DNA of 64,000 bases from Candidatus Zixiibacteriota bacterium (GCA_037441845.1 JBBIRK010000003.1:192001-256000); one strand, 5' to 3'. Positions 1 through 10,528 are shown, numbered from the stretch's first letter. Translations and numbers: made by a program. Notes: generated from the sequence alone by a model not told the origin.

Positions 1-273
1 GCCAATCTCGGCGACACCATGGTGATAATGGAAGCACTCCAATTCCAGGATATAACGTCGCAACAGATAGACCACGCGGTCAGCCAGCTTGAGGACGTCG
101 AGGGCAAACTCAAGACGTTGCTTGTAAGCACCGGCATGGCCAAAGAAACCGAAATCGTTCAAAACGGACGAAAAAACAGAGCGTTCGATCCCAACGCCAA
201 ATACGATGCCGTCCATCAAAATCAGCAGCGCGAAGTCGACGACTTGATTTCGTCGATAGTCAAGACAGATTGA
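1..273 (+). CDS. cheZ: CheZ-like CheY-P phosphatase, 5'-truncated by window edge
   Basis: Frame open from base 1; IMEALQFQDITSQQI carries the CheZ DxxxQ catalytic motif; C-terminal QREVDDLISSI resembles the CheZ CheY-binding tail; directly upstream of cheA. Confidence 0.7.
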   Translation, partial: ANLGDTMVIMEALQFQDITSQQIDHAVSQLEDVEGKLKTLLVSTGMAKETEIVQNGRKNRAFDPNAKYDAVHQNQQREVDDLISSIVKTD

Positions 274-300
274 ACTAAGATTAAACAGCGGGAGCAGTCG

Positions 301-2097
301 ATGGGTGAATCCGGTTATGACCTCGACGAAATGGAAACTATAATCGAGGAGTTCATGGTCGAGGCCAGGGAAATAGTCGGCGGCCTCGATTCCAATCTCG
401 TCAAACTCGAAAAAGACCCTGGTAACCTCAATCTCCTGAACGAAATATTCCGGGGCGCCCATACCCTTAAGGGGGGAGCCGGATTTTTGGGTTTCAACGA
501 ATTGATGCGGCTCACCCATAAAATGGAAGACGTCCTTAACAAGCTGCGTAAAGGCGAATTGACGATCACTCCGGACGGCATGGATATTCTGCTCGAATCG
601 GTCGATGTCCTGAAACTCACCCTCAACGATATTATCGAAAAAAGGCAAGGCAGAACCGATACCGCCGCGATCATCTCCCGTCTGGAATCGATGCTGAAAT
701 CCGAAAAAACGGAAACTTCATCGGCGAACTCCAAAGTCGAATCCGTTCCTGCGGCGGAAAAACAACGTAGCGAAACCGGACCGTCCTTGAATGCCGCCGA
801 CCAAAAGTCCTCCGCAAAAGCCGATAAGCCCGGGGCAAATGTCGAAAACGCCCCCGGTAAATCCACACCCTCCGCCGCGGCAAACGTCAGTCAGAAAAAC
901 TATTCGATCAAAGGAGAATCGACGATCAGGGTGGATGTCAAAAGGCTGGATAATCTGGTTAACATGGTCGGCGAGCTCGTGCTCGGTCGAAACGCCCTTA
1001 TCCAGCAGCTCGGCATTTTCCAAACCAAGATGGAGGGCCAACCAGAGGTCGAACAATTATCACAGGTGGCGGCGCAGCTGAATTTTATTACCACCGAGCT
1101 CCATATGGCGATCATGAAAATGCGCATGCTGCCCGTCGGCAACGTGTTCAGCAAATTCCCCCGCATGGTGCGTGATTTGTCCCGCGATCTGGGAAAACAG
1201 ATCGATTTGATTATAACCGGAGAGGAAACCGAACTCGACAAGTCGGTTCTCGAGGAAATATCCGATCCGCTGATTCATCTGATACGCAATTCGATCGATC
1301 ATGGTATCGAAACTCCTGAAGAGCGCGCAAGCAAAGGCAAACCCCCCAAAGGATCGATAAGGCTGTCGGCCTTTCAAGAGGGCAATAATATCGTGATCGA
1401 AGTGGTCGATGACGGTAAAGGAATGGATATAGAGGCGATAAGAAAAAAGGCGATCGAACGCAATCTGGTGAGCGGCGAAGAGGCCGCCAAGCTTACCGAA
1501 AAGGAATTGCTCTCTTTCATTTTCCTGCCGGGTTTTTCCACCGCCAAAAAAACCACCGATATTTCCGGTCGCGGCGTCGGCATGGATGTGGTGCGCACCA
1601 ATATCGAAAAGCTGAAAGGCACGATCGATTTGTCCACCAAATTGAACGAAGGCTCCAAAGTTACGATCAAACTTCCATTGACATTGGCCATCGTCCAAGG
1701 ATTGCTGGTGAGCTGCGGCAAAGACATTTTCGCCATACCTTTGAGCTCAGTCCTGGAGACCGTCGTAGTTACTCCCGATGAAGTTAAATATGTCAATCAC
1801 AAACCGGTGATCAGACTAAGAGATACGATTTTGCCCATAGTCGATTTGATGGAGCTCCTTTTCAACCTGCCGCCTCGACCCAGACGCCAGGTCAATGTGG
1901 TCGTCGTCGGCCTTGCCGATCGCAAACTCGGCCTCGTAGTCGATTCGCTTTTGGGTCAAGAGGAAGTCGTGATCAAATCGATCGGTGAATACCTCGGTCA
2001 CATTCGTGGTATCGCCGGTGCCACCATAATGGGGGACGGTCGGGTAAGATTGATAATCGATCTGGCCGGCCTGTTCGATCTGGCCCTGAAAAAATAA
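301..2097 (+). CDS. cheA: Chemotaxis histidine kinase CheA (no P2 domain)
   Basis: Hpt IFRGAHTLKG, dimerisation TIRVDVKRLDNLVNMVGEL, HATPase HLIRNSIDHGIE/DDGKG/SGRGVGMDVV, C-terminal CheW-like domain. Confidence 0.97.
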   Translation: MGESGYDLDEMETIIEEFMVEAREIVGGLDSNLVKLEKDPGNLNLLNEIFRGAHTLKGGAGFLGFNELMRLTHKMEDVLNKLRKGELTITPDGMDILLESVDVLKLTLNDIIEKRQGRTDTAAIISRLESMLKSEKTETSSANSKVESVPAAEKQRSETGPSLNAADQKSSAKADKPGANVENAPGKSTPSAAANVSQKNYSIKGESTIRVDVKRLDNLVNMVGELVLGRNALIQQLGIFQTKMEGQPEVEQLSQVAAQLNFITTELHMAIMKMRMLPVGNVFSKFPRMVRDLSRDLGKQIDLIITGEETELDKSVLEEISDPLIHLIRNSIDHGIETPEERASKGKPPKGSIRLSAFQEGNNIVIEVVDDGKGMDIEAIRKKAIERNLVSGEEAAKLTEKELLSFIFLPGFSTAKKTTDISGRGVGMDVVRTNIEKLKGTIDLSTKLNEGSKVTIKLPLTLAIVQGLLVSCGKDIFAIPLSSVLETVVVTPDEVKYVNHKPVIRLRDTILPIVDLMELLFNLPPRPRRQVNVVVVGLADRKLGLVVDSLLGQEEVVIKSIGEYLGHIRGIAGATIMGDGRVRLIIDLAGLFDLALKK

Positions 2098-2098
2098 T

Positions 2099-3178
2099 AT
2101 GTCGAAGGTTAGAGTACTGGTAGTCGATGATTCCGCTTTCATGAGGAAAGCGATCGCCATCATGCTCGAATCGGATCCCGAAATCGAGGTCGTCGGCATG
2201 GCCCACAACGGCGAAGACGGAATCGAAATGGCGGCCAAGCTCAAGCCCGATCTGATCACCCTCGATATCGAAATGCCCCGAATGGACGGTTTGACGGCTC
2301 TACGCCGTATTATGGAAGAAAATCCGACACCCGTTATGATGATAAGTTCGCTTACCACCGAGGGGGCGGCGGCGACACTGGAGGCCTTATCGCTCGGCGC
2401 GGTCGATTTCATACCCAAACAATTATCGTATGTGGCGCTCGATATCGTGAAAATCAAGGACGAGCTGCTAAGCAAAGTTAAGCATATCGCCCGAAACAAG
2501 CCGCGGCGTTCCGACGGATCGATAAGACGTCCGGCCGCCGTATCGCCTTCGCTGAAAAAACCGATTTTGAGCGCTCCCCCGAGTGCAGGCCAGCCTCAGA
2601 GACCGAAGAAGCGGATAAATATCGTCGCGATCGGCACTTCCACCGGAGGCCCCCCCGCGCTTCAGGCGATTATCCCGCTATTGCCCAAAAACTTACCGGT
2701 GCCGGTGACCGTAGTCCAGCACATGCCGGCCACATTCACCAAATCGCTGGCCGAACGTCTTAATTCCCTTTCCAAGATTGAGGTAAAAGAAGCCGAGAAC
2801 GGCGAACCCGTCAATCCGGGGGTCGTCTATATCGCCAGGGGCGGCAAACATCTGACTGTGAAATTCAATTCCAGTTCATACTCGATCAACCTGACGGATG
2901 AACCATCGACGACCCTGCACCGCCCGGCGGTCGATGTAATGGTCAAATCCGTAGCCGAAAATTACGGCTCGGCGGTTCTGGGAGTCATCTTGACCGGCAT
3001 GGGAAACGACGGTCTGGAGGGATTGCGGTTGGTCAAACAAAAGGGCGGCGTTGTGCTGGCGCAAAACGAGGAAACATGCGTTGTCTACGGCATGCCCCGG
3101 GCGGTGGTCGAAGACAACCTGGCCGACAAGGTTTTGCCGCTGGAACAGATCGCCGCTGAGATCGTAAGTTATTTCTGA
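2099..3178 (+). CDS. cheB: Chemotaxis response regulator/methylesterase CheB
   Basis: REC domain (VVDDS, LDIEMP) plus methylesterase motifs GTSTGG, VQHMP, LTGMGNDG. Confidence 0.97.
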   Translation: MSKVRVLVVDDSAFMRKAIAIMLESDPEIEVVGMAHNGEDGIEMAAKLKPDLITLDIEMPRMDGLTALRRIMEENPTPVMMISSLTTEGAAATLEALSLGAVDFIPKQLSYVALDIVKIKDELLSKVKHIARNKPRRSDGSIRRPAAVSPSLKKPILSAPPSAGQPQRPKKRINIVAIGTSTGGPPALQAIIPLLPKNLPVPVTVVQHMPATFTKSLAERLNSLSKIEVKEAENGEPVNPGVVYIARGGKHLTVKFNSSSYSINLTDEPSTTLHRPAVDVMVKSVAENYGSAVLGVILTGMGNDGLEGLRLVKQKGGVVLAQNEETCVVYGMPRAVVEDNLADKVLPLEQIAAEIVSYF

Positions 3179-3209
3179 TTTGCGCAATCGAATCAGCCAT
3201 TAATTTGCC

Positions 3210-3237
3210 TTGATATTTTTACGGCTTGTGATAAAAT
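3210..3237 (+). promoter_or_regulatory. Putative sigma70 promoter with extended -10
   Basis: TTGATA (3210-3215), N16, TG-n-TAAAAT (3232-3237); ATG 3244 follows after 6 nt. Confidence 0.55.
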
Positions 3238-3243
3238 AATTTC

Positions 3244-4446
3244 ATGGATTTCCAGAAACGCCGGATGGAAGAGCTGGAGAAAATCACCGATTCCTACATG
3301 TCTTTGTCGGAGCTTGCGCGGAAACTGCAAGCCGATTACGACGAATTGGCCGAAAGATTCGAAAAGCAAGCGGCCCAGCTCGAAGAGATAAATCAGCGCG
3401 TGACCGATGCCCTTGAGGCGAATAGTCGGCTTTCGGCCCACCTCGCCAACATACTCGACAGCCTCGATGCGGGCGTGATCGTGTTCGACATGGACGGCCG
3501 TATCAATCGTTTCAACAAATCCGCCGAAAGGCTCACCGGCATAGCCTCCGAGCAAGCGATAGGCGTTCTTTATGGCGTGTTGTTCGATTCGGAGGAGCAT
3601 GCGCCGACCGCCGGAATTTTCGAATGTTCCGAGGTCAGGATCAGGGGAGAGAAGTGGTTCGGGGAGCAACCGGTCGGCTATTCGGTCAGCAAAATCTACG
3701 ACGACGGCGGCAATTGTCTGGGCGCCGTGGAGATCCTCTATGATCTGTCATCGGAGAAGAAACTCAGAGAAACCATAAGCCAGGTTTCGGCGCTCGCCGC
3801 GCTGGGGGAGATGTCGGCGGTTATCGCCCATCAGGTGCGCAATCCTCTGGCCGGGGTGATAGGGTTTGCCAATCTGTTGTCACGCGATATTTCCGCGGAT
3901 CATCCTGCCGCGCCGTCGGTCAAGAAAATTATCGAAGGCGCAACCGAGGTCAATCGCATAATCACCAATCTGCTCGATTTCACTCGGCGCCCCAAACCCG
4001 ATTTCAAGTTGCTCGATATCGTGGATTTCTGCCGTCAGACTCTCGATTCGATTCGAACGCAGCAATTCGCCGCCAATCTCGATATCCGTTTCAACACCGA
4101 TATCGAATCGATTCACTATCGTTTCGATCCGCTTCTGTTCCGCCAGATGTTTTCGAATCTGATCGAAAATGCGGCTCAATCGGTGGGATCCGAAGGCGGC
4201 CGGCTGACGCTTCTCTTGAGATTGCCGGACAGCCGTCACCTGATCCTCGAATTCGTGGATACGGGTTGCGGATTCAACGAACGGGATCCGAATCAGCTGT
4301 TCAAGCCGTTCTACACGACGCGCCGGAACGGATCCGGACTTGGTTTATCGGTGGTTAAAAGAATCGTGGATTTGCATAACGGCGTCGTAACCGCTGAGAG
4401 TCCGCCCGGCGGAGGCGCAGTGTTCACCATTACCTTACCGCTTTAA
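3244..4446 (+). CDS. Cytoplasmic PAS sensor histidine kinase, FleS/FlrB/FlgS-like
   Basis: N-terminal coiled coil, PAS (ILDSLDAGVIVFD), H-box AHQVRNPL, N-box NLIENA, G-boxes DTGCG and GSGLGL; no transmembrane segment. Confidence 0.88.
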   Translation: MDFQKRRMEELEKITDSYMSLSELARKLQADYDELAERFEKQAAQLEEINQRVTDALEANSRLSAHLANILDSLDAGVIVFDMDGRINRFNKSAERLTGIASEQAIGVLYGVLFDSEEHAPTAGIFECSEVRIRGEKWFGEQPVGYSVSKIYDDGGNCLGAVEILYDLSSEKKLRETISQVSALAALGEMSAVIAHQVRNPLAGVIGFANLLSRDISADHPAAPSVKKIIEGATEVNRIITNLLDFTRRPKPDFKLLDIVDFCRQTLDSIRTQQFAANLDIRFNTDIESIHYRFDPLLFRQMFSNLIENAAQSVGSEGGRLTLLLRLPDSRHLILEFVDTGCGFNERDPNQLFKPFYTTRRNGSGLGLSVVKRIVDLHNGVVTAESPPGGGAVFTITLPL

Positions 4447-4455
4447 GGAGTTGCC

Positions 4456-5817
4456 ATGTTCGCCAGTATTCTGGTTGTCGATGATGATTCACTGGTTCGT
4501 TCATTCATGGTCGAAACGTTGAAAAGGCAGGGATACGCCGTCACCGAGGTCGATTCCGGCGAATCGGCTATCGAGCAATTGTCCGAAAACGAGTTCGACC
4601 TGGTAATCACCGATTTGAAAATGAGTCGAATAAGCGGTATGGACCTGCTTCGCGAAACCCTCAAAATTCAACCCGATTGCCGGGTGATCGTGGTCACCGC
4701 TTTCGGCACCATAGAGAGCGCCGTCGAGGCCATGAAAATAGGTGCCAGCGATTTTATAAGCAAACCATTCTCCGCCGACGAATTGGAGATGCTGGTGAGA
4801 AACGTTCTCGAGCTCAAGCGATTGCGCGAAGAAAATCGGCGGTTACACAACGAGCTGGGCAGGAAATACTCGTTCGATAATTTGATAGGCAGCTCGCCGG
4901 CGATGAAAAGAGTGTTTGACCTGATCAAGAGCGTCGCATCGACGTCCTCGACGGTATTGATAACCGGCGAAACCGGAACCGGCAAGGAACTGGTCGCCCG
5001 GGCGATTCATTACAATTCCAACCGCGCCGGCAAAAGCTTTATCAAAATGAATTGCGCCGCTCTGCCGGAGGGGCTGATCGAATCGGAATTGTTCGGCCAT
5101 GAAAAAGGATCGTTCACCGGAGCCATAAGGACGACTCGAGGACGTTTCGAACAAGCGAACGGCGGAACCTTGCTGCTCGACGAGATTTCCGAAATCTCGC
5201 CCCGTATACAGGCGAAATTGCTGAGAGTCATTCAAGAGCGGGAAATCGAAAGGCTGGGTTCCGGCCAGACGATATCGCTTGATGTCAGGCTTATCGCAAC
5301 CTCCAATCGAGATCTCAAAGCGATGGTTGCCCGGGGAAGATTTCGCGACGACCTGTATTACCGATTGCAGGTGATTCCTATTAACCTGCCGCCGTTGCGT
5401 GAACGTCTGGAGGATATACCCCAGTTGTGCAAACATTTTATCGATAAATATTGCCAAAGAGAAGGTATCCCTCCGAAAACGATGTCGGAAAAAGCTATGG
5501 AGCTTTTCATGGCTTACAGCTGGCCCGGGAACGTGCGTGAAATCGAAAATTATATCGAAAGAGCTGTCGTCACCTCCGATTGTCAGGAGCTCAAGCCGTC
5601 CGATTTTCCGGCGGAACTTAGATCAGGCGGCCTGGCCGACAACCGAAATCCCGAAACCGCCGGCAGGACGATCGCCGAAATGGAGCGTAACCTGATATTG
5701 AAAACGCTCGAGGCTAATAATTGGAACAAAGCCCGCGCTGCCGAAATTCTTGGAATCACATCGCGCACTCTGCGCAACAAACTTGCCGAATATCGCAGCG
5801 AAGAGGAGAAAAAGTAA
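4456..5817 (+). CDS. Sigma54-dependent response regulator (REC-AAA+-HTH), FleR/FlrC/FlgR-like
   Basis: REC, GETGTGKE, ELFGHEKGSFTGA, FEQANGGTLLLDEISE (FleR-type), WPGNVRE, Fis-type HTH; SD AAGGAG. Confidence 0.92.
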   Translation: MFASILVVDDDSLVRSFMVETLKRQGYAVTEVDSGESAIEQLSENEFDLVITDLKMSRISGMDLLRETLKIQPDCRVIVVTAFGTIESAVEAMKIGASDFISKPFSADELEMLVRNVLELKRLREENRRLHNELGRKYSFDNLIGSSPAMKRVFDLIKSVASTSSTVLITGETGTGKELVARAIHYNSNRAGKSFIKMNCAALPEGLIESELFGHEKGSFTGAIRTTRGRFEQANGGTLLLDEISEISPRIQAKLLRVIQEREIERLGSGQTISLDVRLIATSNRDLKAMVARGRFRDDLYYRLQVIPINLPPLRERLEDIPQLCKHFIDKYCQREGIPPKTMSEKAMELFMAYSWPGNVREIENYIERAVVTSDCQELKPSDFPAELRSGGLADNRNPETAGRTIAEMERNLILKTLEANNWNKARAAEILGITSRTLRNKLAEYRSEEEKK

Positions 5818-6039
5818 TACCGCTTCATTACGGTGTCGGCTCGAATTCGTCGCCTTAAGAATAACTGTCGAATTTGGGACGATTGCACATTCTTTGGGGC
5901 CGACTGTTTTTACCGGCGATGACTCGTCCTTGTTTTCGTGAATCTTCTATTTTTCTCCGGTATGTTTGATATCCGCCGGCCCCTCCAGGCCCAATTTTCG
6001 CTTGACTTAGGTTGTCAGCGAGGATTATTATTGAGTTTT

Positions 6040-6558
6040 GTGAAGGTGGAATTGCGTCAAATTACCACGGAGCCTCGGACATTTCATTTTGCGGAAACGG
6101 CCGAGGAATTGGAGATCGATGTCGAGAACGCGAAATTCCCTTTCCCGATCGAGGTCGAATTCGACGGGACGCAGAGCGGTGATGAAATTATCTGCCGGAT
6201 CGATATTCGTGCGGAAATCGAGCTCGAATGCGGCCGCTGCCTCGAAATCTTCTCCATGCCGCTGCATAGCCGGCACCAATTCGTCGTTCAGATGGTTGAT
6301 AATCCGGACCAGCTGGAAAGCGATGATGAAGATTTCGAGGTCATACCGAAAAGCCAAACCGAGCTTGAAATCGGCCGGCGGGTTCGGGAGTTGGTTATTC
6401 TGGCCATACCGATCAAGCCTCTTTGTTCCGAAAATTGTCTTGGTCTTTGTCCCATGTGCGGAATAAATCGTAATGAAGAAAGTTGCGATTGCGTGCAGGA
6501 TAAAGCGGATGAACGCTGGGACGCACTGAAACGGCTGTTCAACAACCAGATGGAATAA
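6040..6558 (+). CDS. yceD: YceD/DUF177 family protein
   Basis: CGRCL and PLCSENCLGLCPMCG motifs, DERWDALK tail, upstream of rpmF; GTG 6040 preferred to 5938. Confidence 0.88.
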   Translation: MKVELRQITTEPRTFHFAETAEELEIDVENAKFPFPIEVEFDGTQSGDEIICRIDIRAEIELECGRCLEIFSMPLHSRHQFVVQMVDNPDQLESDDEDFEVIPKSQTELEIGRRVRELVILAIPIKPLCSENCLGLCPMCGINRNEESCDCVQDKADERWDALKRLFNNQME

Positions 6559-6595
6559 TCAAGAGTTTTTTACGGCAATATTCTAAGGAGTTTTC

Positions 6596-6778
6596 ATGCC
6601 CCTTCCCAAAAGAAGACATTCGAAAACACGCGGCAGAAAAAGACGTACCCATTGGATTCTGGCCCAGCCGAACATTATCGAATGCCCTCACTGTCACGAA
6701 AAAAAACTGCCTCATCAAGTCTGCCCTAACTGCGGCTGGTATAAAGGGCGGGAAATGAAGGCGATCACCAAGACTTGA
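6596..6778 (+). CDS. rpmF: 50S ribosomal protein L32
   Basis: [38 protein letters not shown]. Confidence 0.98.
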   Translation: MPLPKRRHSKTRGRKRRTHWILAQPNIIECPHCHEKKLPHQVCPNCGWYKGREMKAITKT

Positions 6779-6789
6779 TCGTGACATTC

Positions 6790-7848
6790 ATGCCGGATTC
6801 CAAGATGAAAATCGCCATAGATGCTATGGGCGGCGATAACGCTCCTTTTTCGGTGGTTGCCGGTACGGTGATGGCAAGCCGCGTGGTCCCGCCCGATGTG
6901 AATTTGGTTCTGGTGGGCCGCGGCGACCTTATCAGAGCCGAACTGAAGAGTCTCGGAGCGTTAGATCGCCCGATCGAAATCGTCGAAGCCCCCGATATTA
7001 TCGACATGGCCGATGATCCGATCGAGGCCGTGCGCCAGAAAAAAACATCGTCCATCAATATCGGCCTGGCATTACAAAAAGAGAAGATCGCCCATGCGTT
7101 CGTCTCGGCCGGAAATACCGGAGCGGTGATGGCCGCTTCGCTGTTCACTCTGGGCCGCCTCGAGGGTGTCGATCGACCGGCGATCGCCGCGCTCTTTCCC
7201 ACCGAGGATGGTGTGGCGCTGGTGCTCGATGTCGGGGCGAATTCCGATTGCAAGGCTCATCACCTTTTCCAGTTCGGCGTGATGGGGGCGATTTATTCAA
7301 AATATATTCTCCGCGTGAAAAATCCGAAAGTCGGCTTGCTTTCGATCGGCGAGGAAAGATCCAAAGGCAACGAATTAGTGATCGCTTCGCATAAACTGCT
7401 CGACCAATCGGGCCTCAATTTCTGCGGCAATGTCGAGGGCCGGGATATTCTCAAAGGAACCGCCGATGTGGTCGTCTGCGATGGTTTCGTGGGAAATATC
7501 GTGCTCAAGTTCGCCGAATCGGTCGAGGGATTCATTTTCCAGCTTCTGCGTAGAAAAATCAGAGGCAATTTATTCGCCACTCTGGGCGCGTTTTTGATGA
7601 AACCCGCATTCCGCAGTTTCAAACAGTCTCTCGATTACGCCGAATACGGGGGCGCGCCGCTTCTGGGAATCAACGGCGTTTGCATAATCTGTCATGGGAG
7701 TTCATCGCCCAAGGCAATCATGAACGCGATTCTGGCGGCGGCCACCGTAGTGCGCCGACAGGTGAATTTCGTTATACAAGAGAAACTAAGGGAAAACGGC
7801 AATATCGACGAGAAGACACCTCGCCGCATCAATAGAATGGTATTATGA
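6790..7848 (+). CDS. plsX: Phosphate acyltransferase PlsX
   Basis: IAIDAMGGDNAP, SAGNTGA, DVGAN, CDGFVGN, HGSS; start 6790 or 6805. Confidence 0.97.
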   Translation: MPDSKMKIAIDAMGGDNAPFSVVAGTVMASRVVPPDVNLVLVGRGDLIRAELKSLGALDRPIEIVEAPDIIDMADDPIEAVRQKKTSSINIGLALQKEKIAHAFVSAGNTGAVMAASLFTLGRLEGVDRPAIAALFPTEDGVALVLDVGANSDCKAHHLFQFGVMGAIYSKYILRVKNPKVGLLSIGEERSKGNELVIASHKLLDQSGLNFCGNVEGRDILKGTADVVVCDGFVGNIVLKFAESVEGFIFQLLRRKIRGNLFATLGAFLMKPAFRSFKQSLDYAEYGGAPLLGINGVCIICHGSSSPKAIMNAILAAATVVRRQVNFVIQEKLRENGNIDEKTPRRINRMVL

Positions 7849-8828
7849 GAAGATACGCACACATCATCGGCACCGGTTCACAGACCCCCCAGCGAGTTTT
7901 AACCAACGCCGAACTCGAAAAAATGGTCGATACCAGCGACGAATGGATCACGACACGCAGCGGAATCAAAGAAAGGCATATCGCATCCCCCAACGAGGCC
8001 GCCTCGGATTTGGCCACGGCTGCGGCGCGGAAAGCGATGGCCGCTGCCGATATCGACGCTGCGGCGATCGATATGATCATACTCGCCACGGTAACACCGG
8101 ATAAGCCTTTGCCTTCGACAGCCTGCTTCGTCCAGGAAAACATAGGCGCCTTCAACGCCGCGGTGATGGACATCGTAGCCGCTTGCTCCGGATTCGTCTA
8201 TGGCTTATCGCTGGCGCGGGGAATGATAGAAACCGCCCAGGCGGATACTATCTTGGTTATCGGCGTCGAGGTGCTTTCTCGAATTACAAACTGGAAAGAT
8301 CGCAATACTTGCGTCCTGTTCGGCGATGGCGCCGGAGCGGCGATCGTGCGGGGCTCCGATTCGCCGGGCGGCATTATCGGGACCTACTTGAAAAGCAACG
8401 GTTCGCTATGGCATCTGCTCACCGTGCCGGCCGGTGGTTGTCGGATGCCGATCGATGAAAGCAATATGAACAACGGGGCGCGCTATATTCAAATGGCCGG
8501 ACCGGAAGTCTATAAAAACGCCGTGCGGGCCATGGAGGAGGCCGGTATCGAGGCCCTCAAACGGACCGGACTCAAAGGCGAGGATATCGCGTTGATGATT
8601 CCCCACCAGGCGAATATCAGAATCATAGAATCGACCGCCAACAAGCTCAACATTTCGATGGATAAAGTATTCGTCAATATTCACAAATACGGCAATACTT
8701 CGGCCGCATCGATCCCCATAGCGCTCGATGAAGCGATAAGAAGCGGAAGGCTCAAGCCGAAAGACAAGGCGCTCTTGGTTGCGTTCGGCGCCGGATTCAC
8801 TTGGGGTTCGGCCGTAGTGGAATTATAA
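7845..8828 (+). CDS. fabH: 3-oxoacyl-ACP synthase III
   Basis: AACSGF, PHQAN, YGNTSAAS catalytic triad; GAGFTWG. Confidence 0.97.
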   Translation: MRRYAHIIGTGSQTPQRVLTNAELEKMVDTSDEWITTRSGIKERHIASPNEAASDLATAAARKAMAAADIDAAAIDMIILATVTPDKPLPSTACFVQENIGAFNAAVMDIVAACSGFVYGLSLARGMIETAQADTILVIGVEVLSRITNWKDRNTCVLFGDGAGAAIVRGSDSPGGIIGTYLKSNGSLWHLLTVPAGGCRMPIDESNMNNGARYIQMAGPEVYKNAVRAMEEAGIEALKRTGLKGEDIALMIPHQANIRIIESTANKLNISMDKVFVNIHKYGNTSAASIPIALDEAIRSGRLKPKDKALLVAFGAGFTWGSAVVEL

Positions 8829-8833
8829 TAATT

Positions 8834-9757
8834 ATGAAAGCGTTCGTATTTCCGGGGCAGGCATCGCAATATGTCGGGATGGCCGCTGATCTGCACGATC
8901 AATTCGCAGTGGCACGCCGCTATTTCAATCTCGCCGATGAAGTGCTTGGTATACCCTTGCGAAAAACCTGTTTCGAAGGTCCTCAGGAGACCCTTACCCG
9001 CACCGAATTCACTCAACCGGCGATATTCGTGCATTCGGCGATAATCGACGAAATACTTAGGCAGGAAGGCATTAGACCTGCCATGACCGCCGGACATAGT
9101 CTCGGAGAATATTCGGCATTGGTGGCCGCCGGTGCTATTTCATTCGAAGATGGTCTTAAGGCGGTAAAGGCGCGTTCGAGCTACATGCAAATCTGTTGCG
9201 ATAAATATCCCGGCACGATGGCGGCGATCGTGGGGATGTCTCTTCGAGAAGTGGAAAAGGGAATCGCCGGAATAGACGGCGTGGTTCCGGCCAATTACAA
9301 TTCCCCAGATCAGGTTGCCATTTCCGGTAAAAAGGACGCCGTAGAGGCCGCCTGCGCCAAATTGCTCAACCTCGGCGCCAAGAGAGCTATACCACTTTCA
9401 GTGGGTGGGGCATATCATTCGCCGTTGATGGCAGAGGCCAAAACGATGATGGCGGATATTATTGAGTCGCTCGAATTCCGAAAATTCGAGTGCCCGGTCG
9501 TAGCCAATGTCAGCGCCCAGCCGGTTGACGATGCAGTTACCATGAAAAGGCTTCTTGTCGAGCAAATAATATCGCCCGTGCTTTGGTATCCGTCCGTGGT
9601 CAAAATGTATGAAAAAGGAATCAGGGAATTTGTCGAAGTAGGTCCCGGCAAAGTTTTGCAGGGGCTTATTAAACGATGCCTGTCCGGCAAAGATTATCGG
9701 GCATATGGAATCGATAAGTTCGAAGATATTCAAAAAACTTCCGGAGTTGTAGCCTGA
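8834..9757 (+). CDS. fabD: Malonyl-CoA:ACP transacylase
   Basis: FPGQASQ, GHSLGEYS, GGAYHSPLM, EVGPGKVL. Confidence 0.97.
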   Translation: MKAFVFPGQASQYVGMAADLHDQFAVARRYFNLADEVLGIPLRKTCFEGPQETLTRTEFTQPAIFVHSAIIDEILRQEGIRPAMTAGHSLGEYSALVAAGAISFEDGLKAVKARSSYMQICCDKYPGTMAAIVGMSLREVEKGIAGIDGVVPANYNSPDQVAISGKKDAVEAACAKLLNLGAKRAIPLSVGGAYHSPLMAEAKTMMADIIESLEFRKFECPVVANVSAQPVDDAVTMKRLLVEQIISPVLWYPSVVKMYEKGIREFVEVGPGKVLQGLIKRCLSGKDYRAYGIDKFEDIQKTSGVVA

Positions 9758-10497
9758 AAACGCTGACGGGAAAAACCGCGCTCGTGACCGGAGCCGCCAG
9801 AGGTATCGGGCTGGCTATTGCCCGCGTTTTGGGTGAAGCCGGCGCCAACATCATGATTTCCGATATATTGGCCGATGCGGCCGCAAAAACTCATGAAGAC
9901 CTGTTGAATCAGGGATTAAGCGCCGCATGGTGCGCCGGCGATGTTTCCCGAGCCGATGATGTGAATCGGCTTTTCGCCGCGGCCGCGGAGAAATTCGGCG
10001 GTGTCGATATTCTTGTCAATAACGCGGGAATCACCCGAGACGCTTTGCTTTTACGCATGGAGGAACGTGACTGGGATCTGGTCATGGCGGTCAATTTGAA
10101 AGGTGCCTTTCTGTGTTCAAAAGCAGCCGCCCGCCAGATGATGAAAAACCGTTTCGGTAGAATAATCAATATCTCGTCGGTCGTCGGGGTGATGGGGAAC
10201 GCCGGCCAGGCAAATTATTCGGCGAGCAAAGCAGGCCTGATAGGTCTGACTAAATCGCTCGCCAAGGAGCTGGCCGCAAGAAATATAACGGTCAACGCCA
10301 TAGCCCCGGGGTTCATCGCCACCGAGATGACCGCAAATCTGCCGAAAGAGGCTCTGGACAAATTTCTCGAGGCGATTCCGCTCGGCAGGCCGGGGACTCC
10401 TGCCGACGTTGCCGGTGCAGTGAAATTTCTGGCCGGAGATGACGCAGGTTATATCACCGGCCAGGTCATTCATGTTGACGGCGGAATGTTGATGTAA
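9754..10497 (+). CDS. fabG: 3-oxoacyl-ACP reductase (probable CTG start at 9754)
   Basis: [28 protein letters not shown]; first canonical start (GTG 9784) falls inside the Rossmann motif. Confidence 0.95.
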   Translation: MKTLTGKTALVTGAARGIGLAIARVLGEAGANIMISDILADAAAKTHEDLLNQGLSAAWCAGDVSRADDVNRLFAAAAEKFGGVDILVNNAGITRDALLLRMEERDWDLVMAVNLKGAFLCSKAAARQMMKNRFGRIINISSVVGVMGNAGQANYSASKAGLIGLTKSLAKELAARNITVNAIAPGFIATEMTANLPKEALDKFLEAIPLGRPGTPADVAGAVKFLAGDDAGYITGQVIHVDGGMLM

Positions 10498-10528
10498 TCG
10501 TCATAACGTATATCTTAAGGAGGAAATG

